Shown piece after piece: positions 9,118-19,160 of a stretch of 32,000 nucleotides of DNA. The notes beneath the pieces are model-generated. The model searched no databases. It was not told where the DNA came from and worked only from the letters and a program-made list of their open reading frames with translations. The stretch is from Aquimarina sp. 2201CG1-2-11 (GTDB lineage: Bacteria; Bacteroidota; Bacteroidia; Flavobacteriales; Flavobacteriaceae), in contig NZ_JBFMKP010000001.1 in assembly GCF_040786235.1 (NCBI RefSeq), forward strand, positions 217,690-249,689. The letters are read 5' to 3'. Numbering within the stretch: the stretch's first letter is position 1; every line of letters begins with the position of its first letter. The translations under genes and the position numbers were made by a program.

Positions 9118-11544
9118 TTATCTTAATTCTGCTCCTAATTTGGTTTCAAAATTATGTTGTAATTTGTTCATTATTTTATCAATCTGTTTATCTGTAAGTG
9201 TTTTATTTTCATCCTGAATAATAAAACTTACCGCATAAGACTTTTTGCCGTTAGGAAGATTTTCTCCTTGATATACATCGAATAAGTTCACTTCTTTTAG
9301 AAGTTGTTTTTCTGTCTGTTTGGCCAGAGTATGAATATCTTCAAATTTAACTGATTCTTCTAATAAGAGCGCAAAATCTCTTCTTACTTCTGGAAACTTA
9401 GGGATTTCTGTATATTTTATCTTGTTGTGTTGGGCAAAATTTAATACAGCATCCCAATTAAAATCGGCAAACCATACTTCTTGAGAAATTGCAAAATGCT
9501 TAAGAACAGATTTTTTAACATTTCCAAAATCAACCAATTTGGTCTTGCCTAATGACAATGATAAACCTTCAGTAAAAATATCATTTTTTATCGGAGATGA
9601 TTTTAGTTTATTTAGCCCCAAGCGCTCCAGAACAGAAATTACAATTCCTTTTAAGTAAAAGAAATCACTTCCCTTAGAGTTAGCAACCCAAGACTCTTTG
9701 GATCGATCACCAGAAATAAGAACACTTAAGTGTTTGTTCTCGATTCTTTCATTTTCGTAAAGGTGGTATGTTTTTCCGAATTCGAACAATTTTAGATTTG
9801 ACCGTTTTCTGTTACTGTTGTATGCAATAGCTTCTAGCCCAGAAAATAACATAGACTGTCGCATAACTGCTAAATCATTACTTAAGGGATTTAGCATTAG
9901 TATATTGTTGTCCTCTTTTATTTGTTCGCTTAGACTGGTATATTCTGGCGAAGTCAATGAGTTAGACATCATTTCATGAAACCCTTGACCAACAAACTGA
10001 TTCGAAATGGTATTTTGTACCGAGTGATCTGCAAATTTGTCGATATTAGAGATAGAAGCATTTAGTTTTTGAGTAAAACCAATATTGTTATATCCATATA
10101 CTCTAAGCACTTCTTCTATGACATCTGCTTCTCTTTGTACATCATTTCTATAAGCAGGGATTGTGAGTCCTACACCCAGTTCTGTAACACTATTAATTTT
10201 TATATCCAAAGAGGTAAGAATACTTTTGATAGTATCAGAAGGAAGTTCTTCTCCGATAAGCTTAGTAGCATTTTCGAACGATAAAAAAACCTGAGTATCT
10301 TCAATCTTTTTAGGATATAGATCTGTAATTTCACTAGAAATGATTCCTCCGGCTAATTCTTGTATCAATAAAGCAGCTCTCTTTAAAGCATACTCTGTAA
10401 TATTAGGATCAATGCCTCTTTCAAACCTAAAGGAAGCATCAGTATTTAAACTATGTCTTTTTGCAGTTTTTCTAACACTAACAGGATTAAAGTAGGCGCT
10501 TTCTAAGAATATAGAGGTGGTGCTTTCTGTTACCCCAGAGTTAATACCACCAAAAACACCTGCAATACAAAGCGGTTTTACAGCATCACAAATCATAAGA
10601 TCCTCTGCATGTAGTTCTCTTTCTACTTCATCGAGAGTTGTGAATTTTGTGCCAGCTTTAACAGTTTTTACTTCAATCTTTTCACCTTCAATATAATGTG
10701 CATCAAACGCATGCAAAGGTTGCCCTAGTTCGTGTAATACATAATTAGTTACATCTACAATATTGTTTTTGGGAGTAATTCCTATTGCTTTTAATCGATG
10801 TTGTAGCCAACTTGGAGATTCATTAACCTTAACGTTAGAAATTGTTACTCCACAATATCTTGGTGCCAGATCAGTATTCGCTACTTCGATATCAATTTTA
10901 TGCAATCTGTTTTCAACTCTAAAGTTACTTACCGATGGCGTAATAAGTTCTATATTTATATCCTTTTGCAATAATCCGGCTTTAAGATCACGGGCTGTAC
11001 CCCAATGACTCATGGCATCGGCACGATTAGGTGTCAATCCAATTTCAAAAATCTGATCATTTTCGATGTCAAAAACGGTAGAAGCTTTGGTACCTACAGG
11101 AATATCGGCATCTAATACCATGATTCCATCATGTGCTTTTCCCAATCCTAATTCATCTTCGGCACAAATCATACCGTGGCTTTCTTCACCTCTAATTTTC
11201 CCCTTTTTTATTGTCCATTCCTGGCCATTATCATCGTAAAGTTTGGTGCCAATTGTAGCAACAGGAACTTTTTGACCTACCGCAACGTTTGGTGCTCCAC
11301 AAACAATTTGTACGGGTTCTGGACCTCCTAGGTCTACCTTTGTAACCTTTAATTTGTCGGCATTAGGATGTTTTTCACAGTTTAGTACTTGCCCTACAAC
11401 AACACCTTCTAAGCCTCCTTTAACACTTTGAAAGCTTTCTATTCCTTCTACTTCGAGTCCTAAGTCAGTAAGAAGTTCGCCCGCCTTTTCTGCATCCCAG
11501 TTTAGATTGATAAATTGTTTTAGCCAGTTGTATGAAATCTTCAT
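9118..11544 (-). CDS. pheT: Phenylalanine--tRNA ligase beta subunit
   Basis: 808 aa. Starts MKISYNWLKQFI. tRNA-binding domain (KHPNADKLKVTKVDLG), then B3/4, B5 and FDX-ACB-type C-terminal regions (FALLLEESVKFEDI...EVNLFDVYQGENL). Confidence 0.95.
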   Translation of the reverse strand: MKISYNWLKQFINLNWDAEKAGELLTDLGLEVEGIESFQSVKGGLEGVVVGQVLNCEKHPNADKLKVTKVDLGGPEPVQIVCGAPNVAVGQKVPVATIGTKLYDDNGQEWTIKKGKIRGEESHGMICAEDELGLGKAHDGIMVLDADIPVGTKASTVFDIENDQIFEIGLTPNRADAMSHWGTARDLKAGLLQKDINIELITPSVSNFRVENRLHKIDIEVANTDLAPRYCGVTISNVKVNESPSWLQHRLKAIGITPKNNIVDVTNYVLHELGQPLHAFDAHYIEGEKIEVKTVKAGTKFTTLDEVERELHAEDLMICDAVKPLCIAGVFGGINSGVTESTTSIFLESAYFNPVSVRKTAKRHSLNTDASFRFERGIDPNITEYALKRAALLIQELAGGIISSEITDLYPKKIEDTQVFLSFENATKLIGEELPSDTIKSILTSLDIKINSVTELGVGLTIPAYRNDVQREADVIEEVLRVYGYNNIGFTQKLNASISNIDKFADHSVQNTISNQFVGQGFHEMMSNSLTSPEYTSLSEQIKEDNNILMLNPLSNDLAVMRQSMLFSGLEAIAYNSNRKRSNLKLFEFGKTYHLYENERIENKHLSVLISGDRSKESWVANSKGSDFFYLKGIVISVLERLGLNKLKSSPIKNDIFTEGLSLSLGKTKLVDFGNVKKSVLKHFAISQEVWFADFNWDAVLNFAQHNKIKYTEIPKFPEVRRDFALLLEESVKFEDIHTLAKQTEKQLLKEVNLFDVYQGENLPNGKKSYAVSFIIQDENKTLTDKQIDKIMNKLQHNFETKLGAELR

Positions 11545-11715
11545 TTGTAATCTTTCTTAATTCAGTCGGTAAAGATAATATATTGCCTAAAGGTTACAAA
11601 CAAGAACGATCTTATCTTCATAAAATATGACCTATAAATGTTAAGTACTTTCTATTTCAGTCTAATTATACTGATCAATAGTAAATTAATGAAAAATAAC
11701 TATTCTAGAAACAGA

Positions 11716-13935
11716 CTATTTTAAATCTTGTTTGTTTGCAAACTCGTTTTTATGTTTTTTAAATAGCGTAGTTAAGATGGTTAGGGGCTCATCAAAAGGA
11801 ACTGAAGTAGAGATTCCTTGTTTCATAATCCATTCTTCTTCCCAATTTCGCATATTTTGTTTTTTATCAGCACTCTCGTCTTGATGATAATTAACCCATC
11901 TTGGAACATAGTAATCTCGAATCAAACCACTCCAAACTCTACCAGAATAATCATTAACAGGGTCGCCACCCCAAGTGGTTAATAACCTTTTTGCATTAGA
12001 TTCATAGTAGTTTTTATCTTTTTCTGTATCTCCCCAGTTTCTGGCAAAATCTACCCATTCTTGCAGATTTCGATTAGGGTGAGAAGCTAATAGCTTATCC
12101 ATGATGAGTAGTAATTCCATAACTTCATCTAATTGTTTTGATTTTTCTTCTGTTTCATTATCAAGAAAATCTAGCAATTTTTGATCTGCTACTAACCCAA
12201 GATATTGTACTGCTATTTCGATGGCATCTATTTTAAAAAGTTCACTGTTTTTTAGTTGAGGAATACAGTTTAAAAAATATTCGACGGCTTTGCCAAATTC
12301 TTCAGATTTGTGAACAGTAGCATGATCTTCGACACCTTCTGGTTTTTTATAAGGTCTAAATTGATATCGGTGCATAGGGTGATCGGTAAAAGATCCGAAT
12401 GCCGATTTATTGAGCCATTCGAAAGCTGTTTTCATATCTTCGGGAAAAGCTCCATAACGCTGAATACAATATTTTTCTACCCATGGATTTAACTCTATTT
12501 TTTCTTTTGTCCAGGCTATATCTGATAATAATTCATATACTATTTCATTATTTTCGATTCCTTCTGGGGCAAAACCAAAACCAACCAGATTCTTTTTGTT
12601 TTCATAATTAAGAGCGAGAGAAGGAATAGAGGCATATATATCTAATTTTCCGTTCAGTGGTATTTTACCTCCCATATTGGGTATAAAAGAGTAAATCCAT
12701 TTCTTACCAAAAAAGCCGTCATACATTTTCCAGGAAGGATCTATTTTCCAGAATACATGATTGTATTCATTAGCCAAATCTAATATTAATAATTTGTCAT
12801 CTGGTACTTTAGAAACTAGTGCTCCCAATCGTTCTGGTGTCCAGAATAATTTTCTGTTTTCATCTTTGTGATAAGGAAAGGTCCACCCTTGCATTACCCA
12901 AGTTGCATCTGGGTTTTCTTTTTTAATAGATTCATATACCGATCCTCCATAGATTGCCAATTCTTCAAGAGCTTTTTGAGGATCTTTAGAAAGTGGAGCA
13001 TCCATTTCGTTAAAGCTATCTGCTAGATAATATTCGCCTTTGCCAAATTCTTTTTCCCACTCTTTGATGTATAGAGCTCCTATTTTAATAAAAAGATCAC
13101 TGTCTGGGGATAGGATAAAACCATTATTTTCTTTGGGTAGTCCACCTCCCCATCCTAATTCACGAACTTCGGCTTCTGGGAAAACTCTTTTTATACCTTT
13201 AGGGACAAAACCTGCAAAAGCATGAATAATAGGGCTCATATCTAGTTTTTTCATACGATCCAGCATTTGGTGCGTTAGAGCAATTTGTTTTGGAAAATAT
13301 GAATCGGGTAGAGGACCATCCCAACCGTTTAAATTTCCCATTCTATTCCATGGGAAATGAGCAGGGCCAGAAAAATATTGATCGATTTCTGATTTTGTAA
13401 GACCAATATTTTGAAAAACTCTGGATAGAATTGCTTCATGCGCCCCTCCAATAAGAGGCATGTTAATACCATGAATGGCCATCCAGTCTATTTCTTTTTC
13501 CCAACGTTTCCAATCCCAATATGCGGTGGTATATCCATGAGTTACTACATTAAAGTAATAGCGAAACTGATAAGGACTTTCTACTTTCTTGTTAACATTA
13601 GGTAGCTCTTTGGGGATGTTAATAGTATTACCAGACCAACTATAAATGTTATTACATTCGCTTTTTAGATAATCATATACACCTCTGCAAAGTGCTATTT
13701 GAGAGTTACCATTTATAAAAATTTTGGTGCCTTGCTTTTGAATCGAAAACCAATCTGTTTTTAACGTATCTTGCTCGATTTGTAGTACAAAATTTTCAGC
13801 GTTTGTTTTACCAATGGTACGCTCTAATACTTCTTGTGCAGCTAGTTTTTCTTCAACTTTTTGTGTAACGGGTTCTGAGCAACTAATAATACTAAAAAAA
13901 AGCCCTAGAATTATATAAGAAACATATGTTTTCAT
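11716..13935 (-). CDS. Alpha-N-acetylglucosaminidase, GH89 (NAGLU family), lipoprotein
   Basis: 739 aa. Lipobox signal MKTYVSYIILGLFFSIISC. Strong NAGLU-like motifs: YWDWKRWEKEIDWMAIHGINMPL, FSGPAHFPWNRMGNLNGWDGPLP, HAFAGFVPKGIKRVFP, GFGFAPEGIENNEIVYELL, TTWGGD...DYSGRVWSGLIRDYYVPRW. Confidence 0.9.
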   Translation of the reverse strand: MKTYVSYIILGLFFSIISCSEPVTQKVEEKLAAQEVLERTIGKTNAENFVLQIEQDTLKTDWFSIQKQGTKIFINGNSQIALCRGVYDYLKSECNNIYSWSGNTINIPKELPNVNKKVESPYQFRYYFNVVTHGYTTAYWDWKRWEKEIDWMAIHGINMPLIGGAHEAILSRVFQNIGLTKSEIDQYFSGPAHFPWNRMGNLNGWDGPLPDSYFPKQIALTHQMLDRMKKLDMSPIIHAFAGFVPKGIKRVFPEAEVRELGWGGGLPKENNGFILSPDSDLFIKIGALYIKEWEKEFGKGEYYLADSFNEMDAPLSKDPQKALEELAIYGGSVYESIKKENPDATWVMQGWTFPYHKDENRKLFWTPERLGALVSKVPDDKLLILDLANEYNHVFWKIDPSWKMYDGFFGKKWIYSFIPNMGGKIPLNGKLDIYASIPSLALNYENKKNLVGFGFAPEGIENNEIVYELLSDIAWTKEKIELNPWVEKYCIQRYGAFPEDMKTAFEWLNKSAFGSFTDHPMHRYQFRPYKKPEGVEDHATVHKSEEFGKAVEYFLNCIPQLKNSELFKIDAIEIAVQYLGLVADQKLLDFLDNETEEKSKQLDEVMELLLIMDKLLASHPNRNLQEWVDFARNWGDTEKDKNYYESNAKRLLTTWGGDPVNDYSGRVWSGLIRDYYVPRWVNYHQDESADKKQNMRNWEEEWIMKQGISTSVPFDEPLTILTTLFKKHKNEFANKQDLK

Positions 13936-13946
13936 TGATATGATGT

Positions 13947-14123
13947 TTAAATAGGAATTGATGAATGAATTGTGTTTTGTGAATTTAAAAAGATGCTATC
14001 ATTAATAATGTTGTTTATAGCATCACTGTTAATAAAAGGTGTTTTTTTAGCTTGATCTTGCGCATAAATAGAAATGTTTGCATAAAAAAACATGTAAAAA
14101 AAAGTAGTAATTATTTGATTCAT
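13947..14123 (-). CDS. Possible 58-aa small secreted peptide upstream of GH89 (below the ORF-track cutoff)
   Basis: Hand translation gives MNQIITTFFYMFFYANISIYAQDQAKKTPFINSDAINNIINDSIFLNSQNTIHSSIPI*. The N-terminus is signal-peptide-like with a possible AQ/D cleavage site. The stop lies 11 nt before the GH89 ATG. There is no homology evidence, and AT-rich sequence readily yields short ORFs by chance. Confidence 0.2.
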   Translation of the reverse strand: MNQIITTFFYMFFYANISIYAQDQAKKTPFINSDAINNIINDSIFLNSQNTIHSSIPI

Positions 14124-14250
14124 TTTAAAACAATTTATGCGATAAAGAAGTGTTTTTTCTAGTTTGAAAGAAAGAGTTAAAATAGAAAAAATAAGAGAAT
14201 ATGCTAGGTTGATACTGTAATTTTAATATTAGAAAAATTAATATTTTTCA

Positions 14251-14296
14251 TAAAAAAACACCTAAAGCATCGATTCGATATTTCTTTAGGTGTTTT
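14251..14296 (-). terminator. Rho-independent terminator after the susD-like gene (minus strand)
   Basis: The stem pairs ACACCTAAAG (14258-14267) with CTTTAGGTGT (14284-14293). The A7 run at 14252-14258 reads as a U-tract on the minus strand. It lies about 40 nt downstream of the susD-like stop and separates susCD from GH89. Confidence 0.6.
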
Positions 14297-14336
14297 CAAA
14301 CTCAACTTTTTACTTTTCTATATTATTTTATAAATT

Positions 14337-15881
14337 TTAATCTACTAAATTATTTGTCTGTATTTCTGATAGAGGAATAGGGAAATAAGAGTGTTCGGAA
14401 GCATTAAACCCTGTTCTTCCCACTGCTTGCATGGCGGTATCCAGTAATCCCCAACGGCGCAGGTCATTAAAACGAGTTGATTCTAGTGTCAATTCCATAG
14501 TTCGCTCATGCATAATTTGTGTTTTTACGTCTGCCTGCGAAGTTGCTGTAATTGGAGGCATTAAACCATGAACGTCTCGTATGTTGTTAATGATTGGAAT
14601 AGCTTCGTCTGTTTTTCCTGTTTCATTCAGAGCTTCTGCATACATTAAAAGCACATCGGCATAACGCATTAAAACGACATTTACACCAACATATCCATTA
14701 TCTCTCACAAAGTTAGGTAACCATTTTCTAAAATAGGCACTATTGTCTTTGGCATCCGGAGATTGATAGGTGTCGTTTATAAGAACGTCCCAGGTACTTC
14801 CTTGCATTTCGTTGGTAGAACCATCATTATAGAAAGGGTCTTTAAAATATACAGAGCCATATAGCCTGTTATCATAAAGTCCATTGGTTGCAATCATACC
14901 TTCTTTTTTCATTTCGTTTACAATAGAAATATTAGCTTCTATACCTCCCCATCCTCCAATGCACCAGTCGCCAACAAAGGCGTGGAGTCTTGTTGCGTTC
15001 CATGAGGTGCCATCTCCACTTTTAAACTGTAGTTCAAAAATAGATTCTGAATTATTCTCATTTTCACCATTAAAAAGGCTTAGGAAATCCTGTTCTAAAC
15101 TATACACGCCACTATCTACTACCTGTTTGAAGGCAGCAGCAGCATTATCAAAATCATTATTTTCTGCAGAGGATGTATCTCCTGCTTTATGCAAATATGC
15201 TTTTCCTAAATAAGACAATGCTGCCCCTTTGGTAGCTCTTCCTAAATTTTCTGAGGATTGGGTAGCTGGGAGCATATTTGCAGCACTTTCAAAATCATTG
15301 AGAATAGCTTCCCAGGCTTCGGATCTGGTAGATAAAGATTTATCTATGTTTTCTAGGGTTACCATTTCATCCCTTAACACAATTTGTTCAAATAGGGTAA
15401 GTAGTTTGAAATGGTAGTAGCCTCTTAAAAAAGTAGCTTCTCCTATGATTTGCTGTTTATCTGAAGAAGAAATTTGCTCTGAGGTCATTTCACCCACTTT
15501 GGTAATTACTTGGTTGGCAAAATTAAGTCCTTTGTAATTTGTTTTCCACATCACGTCCAAAAATACATGTCCATTGGTGTATTCGAAGTTAAACATAGAC
15601 ATCCAGTGTCCATAATTTGTGGCATCAGGCCCAGGTAGAGCATAATCAGACCTAAAATATTCTACCACAGGACGTCCTTCTTGCCATCCATCCCAAAAAT
15701 TACTTCGAGACTCTAATTCTGCATAGGCTGCGGTTAGACCACCTTGTGCATCTTCTAGATTTCTCCAGAAAACTTCGGTAGTTAATTGATCGGGTGGAGA
15801 CTGATCTATGAATTTATCATCTTCACAGGATACTATGCATAGTATCGCTACTACTATTGAGATTATATGATATTTTTTCAT
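14337..15881 (-). CDS. SusD/RagB-family outer-membrane glycan-binding lipoprotein
   Basis: 514 aa. Lipobox MKKYHIISIVVAILCIVSC. SusD-like TPR-helix core (LRGYYHFKLLTLF, LSYLGKAYLH, VLLMYAEALNETGK). C-terminal SusD signature RTMELTLESTRFNDLRRWG and PIPLSEIQTNN. Lies 16 nt downstream of the susC-like gene. Confidence 0.92.
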   Translation of the reverse strand: MKKYHIISIVVAILCIVSCEDDKFIDQSPPDQLTTEVFWRNLEDAQGGLTAAYAELESRSNFWDGWQEGRPVVEYFRSDYALPGPDATNYGHWMSMFNFEYTNGHVFLDVMWKTNYKGLNFANQVITKVGEMTSEQISSSDKQQIIGEATFLRGYYHFKLLTLFEQIVLRDEMVTLENIDKSLSTRSEAWEAILNDFESAANMLPATQSSENLGRATKGAALSYLGKAYLHKAGDTSSAENNDFDNAAAAFKQVVDSGVYSLEQDFLSLFNGENENNSESIFELQFKSGDGTSWNATRLHAFVGDWCIGGWGGIEANISIVNEMKKEGMIATNGLYDNRLYGSVYFKDPFYNDGSTNEMQGSTWDVLINDTYQSPDAKDNSAYFRKWLPNFVRDNGYVGVNVVLMRYADVLLMYAEALNETGKTDEAIPIINNIRDVHGLMPPITATSQADVKTQIMHERTMELTLESTRFNDLRRWGLLDTAMQAVGRTGFNASEHSYFPIPLSEIQTNNLVD

Positions 15882-15897
15882 TGCTTTTATTTTTTAA

Positions 15898-18800
15898 TTA
15901 AAAACCTAATTGTACTCCAAAAATCACAGATTTGTATTTTGGGAATAAGTTTCTGTCAATTCCTCTTGATAATACTTTTTGTGTAGTATCATTGGAGAAA
16001 GAAATACCACCAATTTCGGGGTCTAAACCATTATAATTGGTAATGGTAAATAGATTTTGGCCAGTGATGTATACTCTGATTTTATCAAAATGCACTTTTT
16101 CTAAAACATTTTGATGAATAGAATACCCTAACTGAATTGTTTTTACACGTAAATAATCACCATCTTCCAAGAAACGAGTAGAAGCTCGATTATTTCTATT
16201 AGGATCACCCAGAACTGCTCTTGGAACACTTGTATTGGTGTTACTGGGGGTCCAAGCGTTTAGAGCTTCTTCTCTGTAATTTCTTCCGGTATCCAAACTC
16301 ATTAATCTGAAATCATTACCGTTATAGATTTTATTACCTCCAACACCTTGTAAAAATACATTGAGATCAAATCCTTTATATTCTGCATTTAGGTTTAAAC
16401 TATATTCATAGGTAGGAATGGCAGACCCCATATGAACTTCATCCTCTTCATCAATGACTCCATCGTTGTTTTGATCTATAAATCGTATATCCCCCGGTTG
16501 TGCAGTATCTGTCTGTGCCCCGTGAGCATCGATTTCTGCTTGATTTTGAAAGATTCCATCGGCAACAGGTAGGAAATAAGCACCTGGTTCATAACCTACT
16601 TTGGTTTGATTTACAAAATGATCAGACCCAAATAATAAGCCAATACCTCTTAGTACCTGATCTTCATTACTTAATTTAGTTACCTCGGTTTTTGTAGTGG
16701 TAAAGGTAGCAAAAGCCCCATATTTAAATTCATGATCTCGATTGGTATACCCAACTTCTATTTCAATACCGTTATTAGTAAACTCTCCTATATTTACAAT
16801 ATCACTTTCAACACCTCCAGAAGAAGGGAAGTCTTTAGTAATTAATAAATCATCCGTAGTACTGTTGTAATAATTGATGGCTCCGGTTAATCGATTTTTT
16901 ATCATTGCAAAATCCAATCCAAAATTTGAAGAAGTAGTTGTTTCCCAGCGTAAATCGTTGTTAGGTAACTTTCTTGCAATACTACCTTGATTAGATGTTT
17001 GTGGGTCACCAAAAACATACCCCCCGTTATTCTGATCTTTTCCTTGACTAATTAAAGCGATATAATCAAAATACCCCAAAGCAGCATCGTTACCAGCCTG
17101 TCCCCAGCTATATCTTAATTTTAGGAAATCAAAAATGTTTTGATTTTGCATAAATTTTTCATCAGTAATTTTCCATCCCGTTGCAAAAGAGGGGAAAGTT
17201 CCATATCGATAATTACTTCCGAATTTAGAAGTTCCATCCCTACGGATACTTGCTTGGAAAAGATATTTATCATCTAAGGCGTAATTGATTCGACCAAATT
17301 GTGATACCAAATTATAGGTAGGGTTGGTTCCTTCTGCCGAGTAGGTACCGTCTGCAAAAGCATTTAGGGTATTGAAGCTAGGGTCTAGTATAATTGCAGG
17401 AATCCTATCTCCATTCTCATCTAGTTTAAATCCTTCTCCTTGTGCATAAGTCTCTCTAAAAGGTTCGCTAATGCGTTGGTAACCTCCTAATATATCGAAT
17501 TTATGTTTATTGATTTCGAAATCATATTTTAAGGTATATTGTTGATTGATTCTTCTAAATTTGGAGTTATACTCAGAAATAAAAGCAAACATATCATCAT
17601 CATCTTCTATTCGAGTAACTCTATAAGGTTCATGAAAATTGTAAGTATAAGTATCTGTAGTAGCTAAAGAGAGGTTGGCCTTAAAATTTAATCCCTTTAG
17701 AATTTCATATCCTATATCAATGTTTCCTAAAAAATAATTTAATTTAGTGTATTGTTCAAGAAAATGATCATCACCTACAGGATTTCTATGACCAGGCATA
17801 CCTTCGTCATTGTACCCAAAACCAGATTCTTTAGTAACATCTCTAACAGGGATTAAAGGAGAAATAAAATACGTCTCCCTAATAGAAAATTTATGGTTTT
17901 CTCTTCGGGTTTCACTATAATTTAAATTTGTAGCAATTTTGAATTTTCCTTTAGAGGTTCCCAGGTTAAGAGTTAATCCTTTTTTGGTAAATGAGGAACC
18001 AATAAGAATACCTTTTTCGTCTGCAAAATTACCTCCGATACTGTAATTTATATGTTCAGAGCCACCTGTTATTCGGGCATTAAGTAAATTAAGAACTCCA
18101 TCTTTATGAGTTTTATCAATCCAATCTGTGTTTACATTTGGAGGGTTTTCTACATAAGATGGTAATGGTTCTCCTGCATTTTCGTATATCTGTCGATGAA
18201 CATTTACATATCCATCTGCATCTAATAACTTCATTTCGTTTCGTAAGGTATTAATACTTACCGATGAGTTGATTTCTACTTTTGTTTTCTGCTTGTTTCC
18301 TTGTTTAGTAGATATTATAATTACTCCATTGGCAGCTCTTGTACCGTAAATTGCAGAAGAAGCGGCATCTTTTAAGACCTCTATAGATGCTATATTATTA
18401 GGGTCAATAAAATAAGGATCGGCTTGTACCCCATCTACTATATATAAAGGTTGGTTGTTGCCGAAAGTTGCAGTACCTCTTATCATAATATCGGCTATTC
18501 CACCCGGACTACCAGAAGAAGAGGTTACATTAATTCCAGAGACCCTTCCTTGTATAGCATCTATAGGATTGGTTACAACAACGTTGTTTAAATCTTCAGT
18601 TTTTATAGAGCTAATAGCCCCAGTTACATCACTTCGTTTTTGTGTGCCATAACCAACGATTACAATTTCATCTAATGTTTGTGAATCGACTTCCAAGCTT
18701 ACATCAATAACTGTTTGGTTACCTACCAGTGCCTCTTTTGTGGTAAATCCTAAGTATTGAAATACTAGAATAGTTTGCGTTCCTTCGACCTCAATAGAGT

Positions 18801-19017
18801 ATTTACCATCAAAGTCTGTTTGCGTTCCGGTTGTGGTATTACCTTTTACTGTAATGTTAACTCCCGGTAGGGGAGAAGATGTGCTATTGTTTTCGGTAAC
18901 AGTACCCGTGATTACGATATTTTGTGCTTGGGAGACGTGAGTGAATCCTAATAAAGTAAAACCAAGTAGTGTTAATAAAAATGAATAGCATCGGTGTTTC
19001 CGTTTTTTTGCTTTCAT
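15898..19017 (-). CDS. SusC/RagA-family TonB-dependent outer-membrane transporter
   Basis: 1039 aa. Signal peptide, then a carboxypeptidase-regulatory-like domain (ITGTVTE...PLPGVNITVKG). Plug region LDEIVIVGYGTQKRSDVTGAISSI and ASIEVLKDAASSAIYGTRAANGVIIISTK. C-terminal beta-barrel ending in F. No STN domain, so no sign of anti-sigma coupling. Confidence 0.95.
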   Translation of the reverse strand: MKAKKRKHRCYSFLLTLLGFTLLGFTHVSQAQNIVITGTVTENNSTSSPLPGVNITVKGNTTTGTQTDFDGKYSIEVEGTQTILVFQYLGFTTKEALVGNQTVIDVSLEVDSQTLDEIVIVGYGTQKRSDVTGAISSIKTEDLNNVVVTNPIDAIQGRVSGINVTSSSGSPGGIADIMIRGTATFGNNQPLYIVDGVQADPYFIDPNNIASIEVLKDAASSAIYGTRAANGVIIISTKQGNKQKTKVEINSSVSINTLRNEMKLLDADGYVNVHRQIYENAGEPLPSYVENPPNVNTDWIDKTHKDGVLNLLNARITGGSEHINYSIGGNFADEKGILIGSSFTKKGLTLNLGTSKGKFKIATNLNYSETRRENHKFSIRETYFISPLIPVRDVTKESGFGYNDEGMPGHRNPVGDDHFLEQYTKLNYFLGNIDIGYEILKGLNFKANLSLATTDTYTYNFHEPYRVTRIEDDDDMFAFISEYNSKFRRINQQYTLKYDFEINKHKFDILGGYQRISEPFRETYAQGEGFKLDENGDRIPAIILDPSFNTLNAFADGTYSAEGTNPTYNLVSQFGRINYALDDKYLFQASIRRDGTSKFGSNYRYGTFPSFATGWKITDEKFMQNQNIFDFLKLRYSWGQAGNDAALGYFDYIALISQGKDQNNGGYVFGDPQTSNQGSIARKLPNNDLRWETTTSSNFGLDFAMIKNRLTGAINYYNSTTDDLLITKDFPSSGGVESDIVNIGEFTNNGIEIEVGYTNRDHEFKYGAFATFTTTKTEVTKLSNEDQVLRGIGLLFGSDHFVNQTKVGYEPGAYFLPVADGIFQNQAEIDAHGAQTDTAQPGDIRFIDQNNDGVIDEEDEVHMGSAIPTYEYSLNLNAEYKGFDLNVFLQGVGGNKIYNGNDFRLMSLDTGRNYREEALNAWTPSNTNTSVPRAVLGDPNRNNRASTRFLEDGDYLRVKTIQLGYSIHQNVLEKVHFDKIRVYITGQNLFTITNYNGLDPEIGGISFSNDTTQKVLSRGIDRNLFPKYKSVIFGVQLGF

Positions 19018-19126
19018 GAATACTTTGTTTTTAATTGATAAAAATGATTTTCGTAAAGTGTTTACAGTTAAAACATTACGGCTAATGTATTTTTTTATTT
19101 TTAAATAACCAACCTGTACCTACCAG

Positions 19127-19156
19127 TTTGTTAATTAAAAAATAATCTTATATTTG
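19127..19156 (+). promoter_or_regulatory. Bacteroidota-type promoter (-33 TTTG / -7 TAnnTTTG) for the regulator-led operon
   Basis: TTTG at 19127-19130, an 18-nt spacer, then TATATTTG at 19149-19156, an exact match to TAnnTTTG. The -7 box ends only 4 nt before the ATG at 19161. Confidence 0.4.
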
Positions 19157-19160
19157 CGAT

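Noticed and set aside
18930-18975. Apparent tandem duplication TLLGF-TLLGF in the SusC signal peptide, considered as a possible slippage repeat
   Set aside because: The two copies use different codons at nearly every position (aca cta ctt ggt ttt versus act tta tta gga ttc). This is not a DNA-level repeat, only a hydrophobic signal-peptide core.
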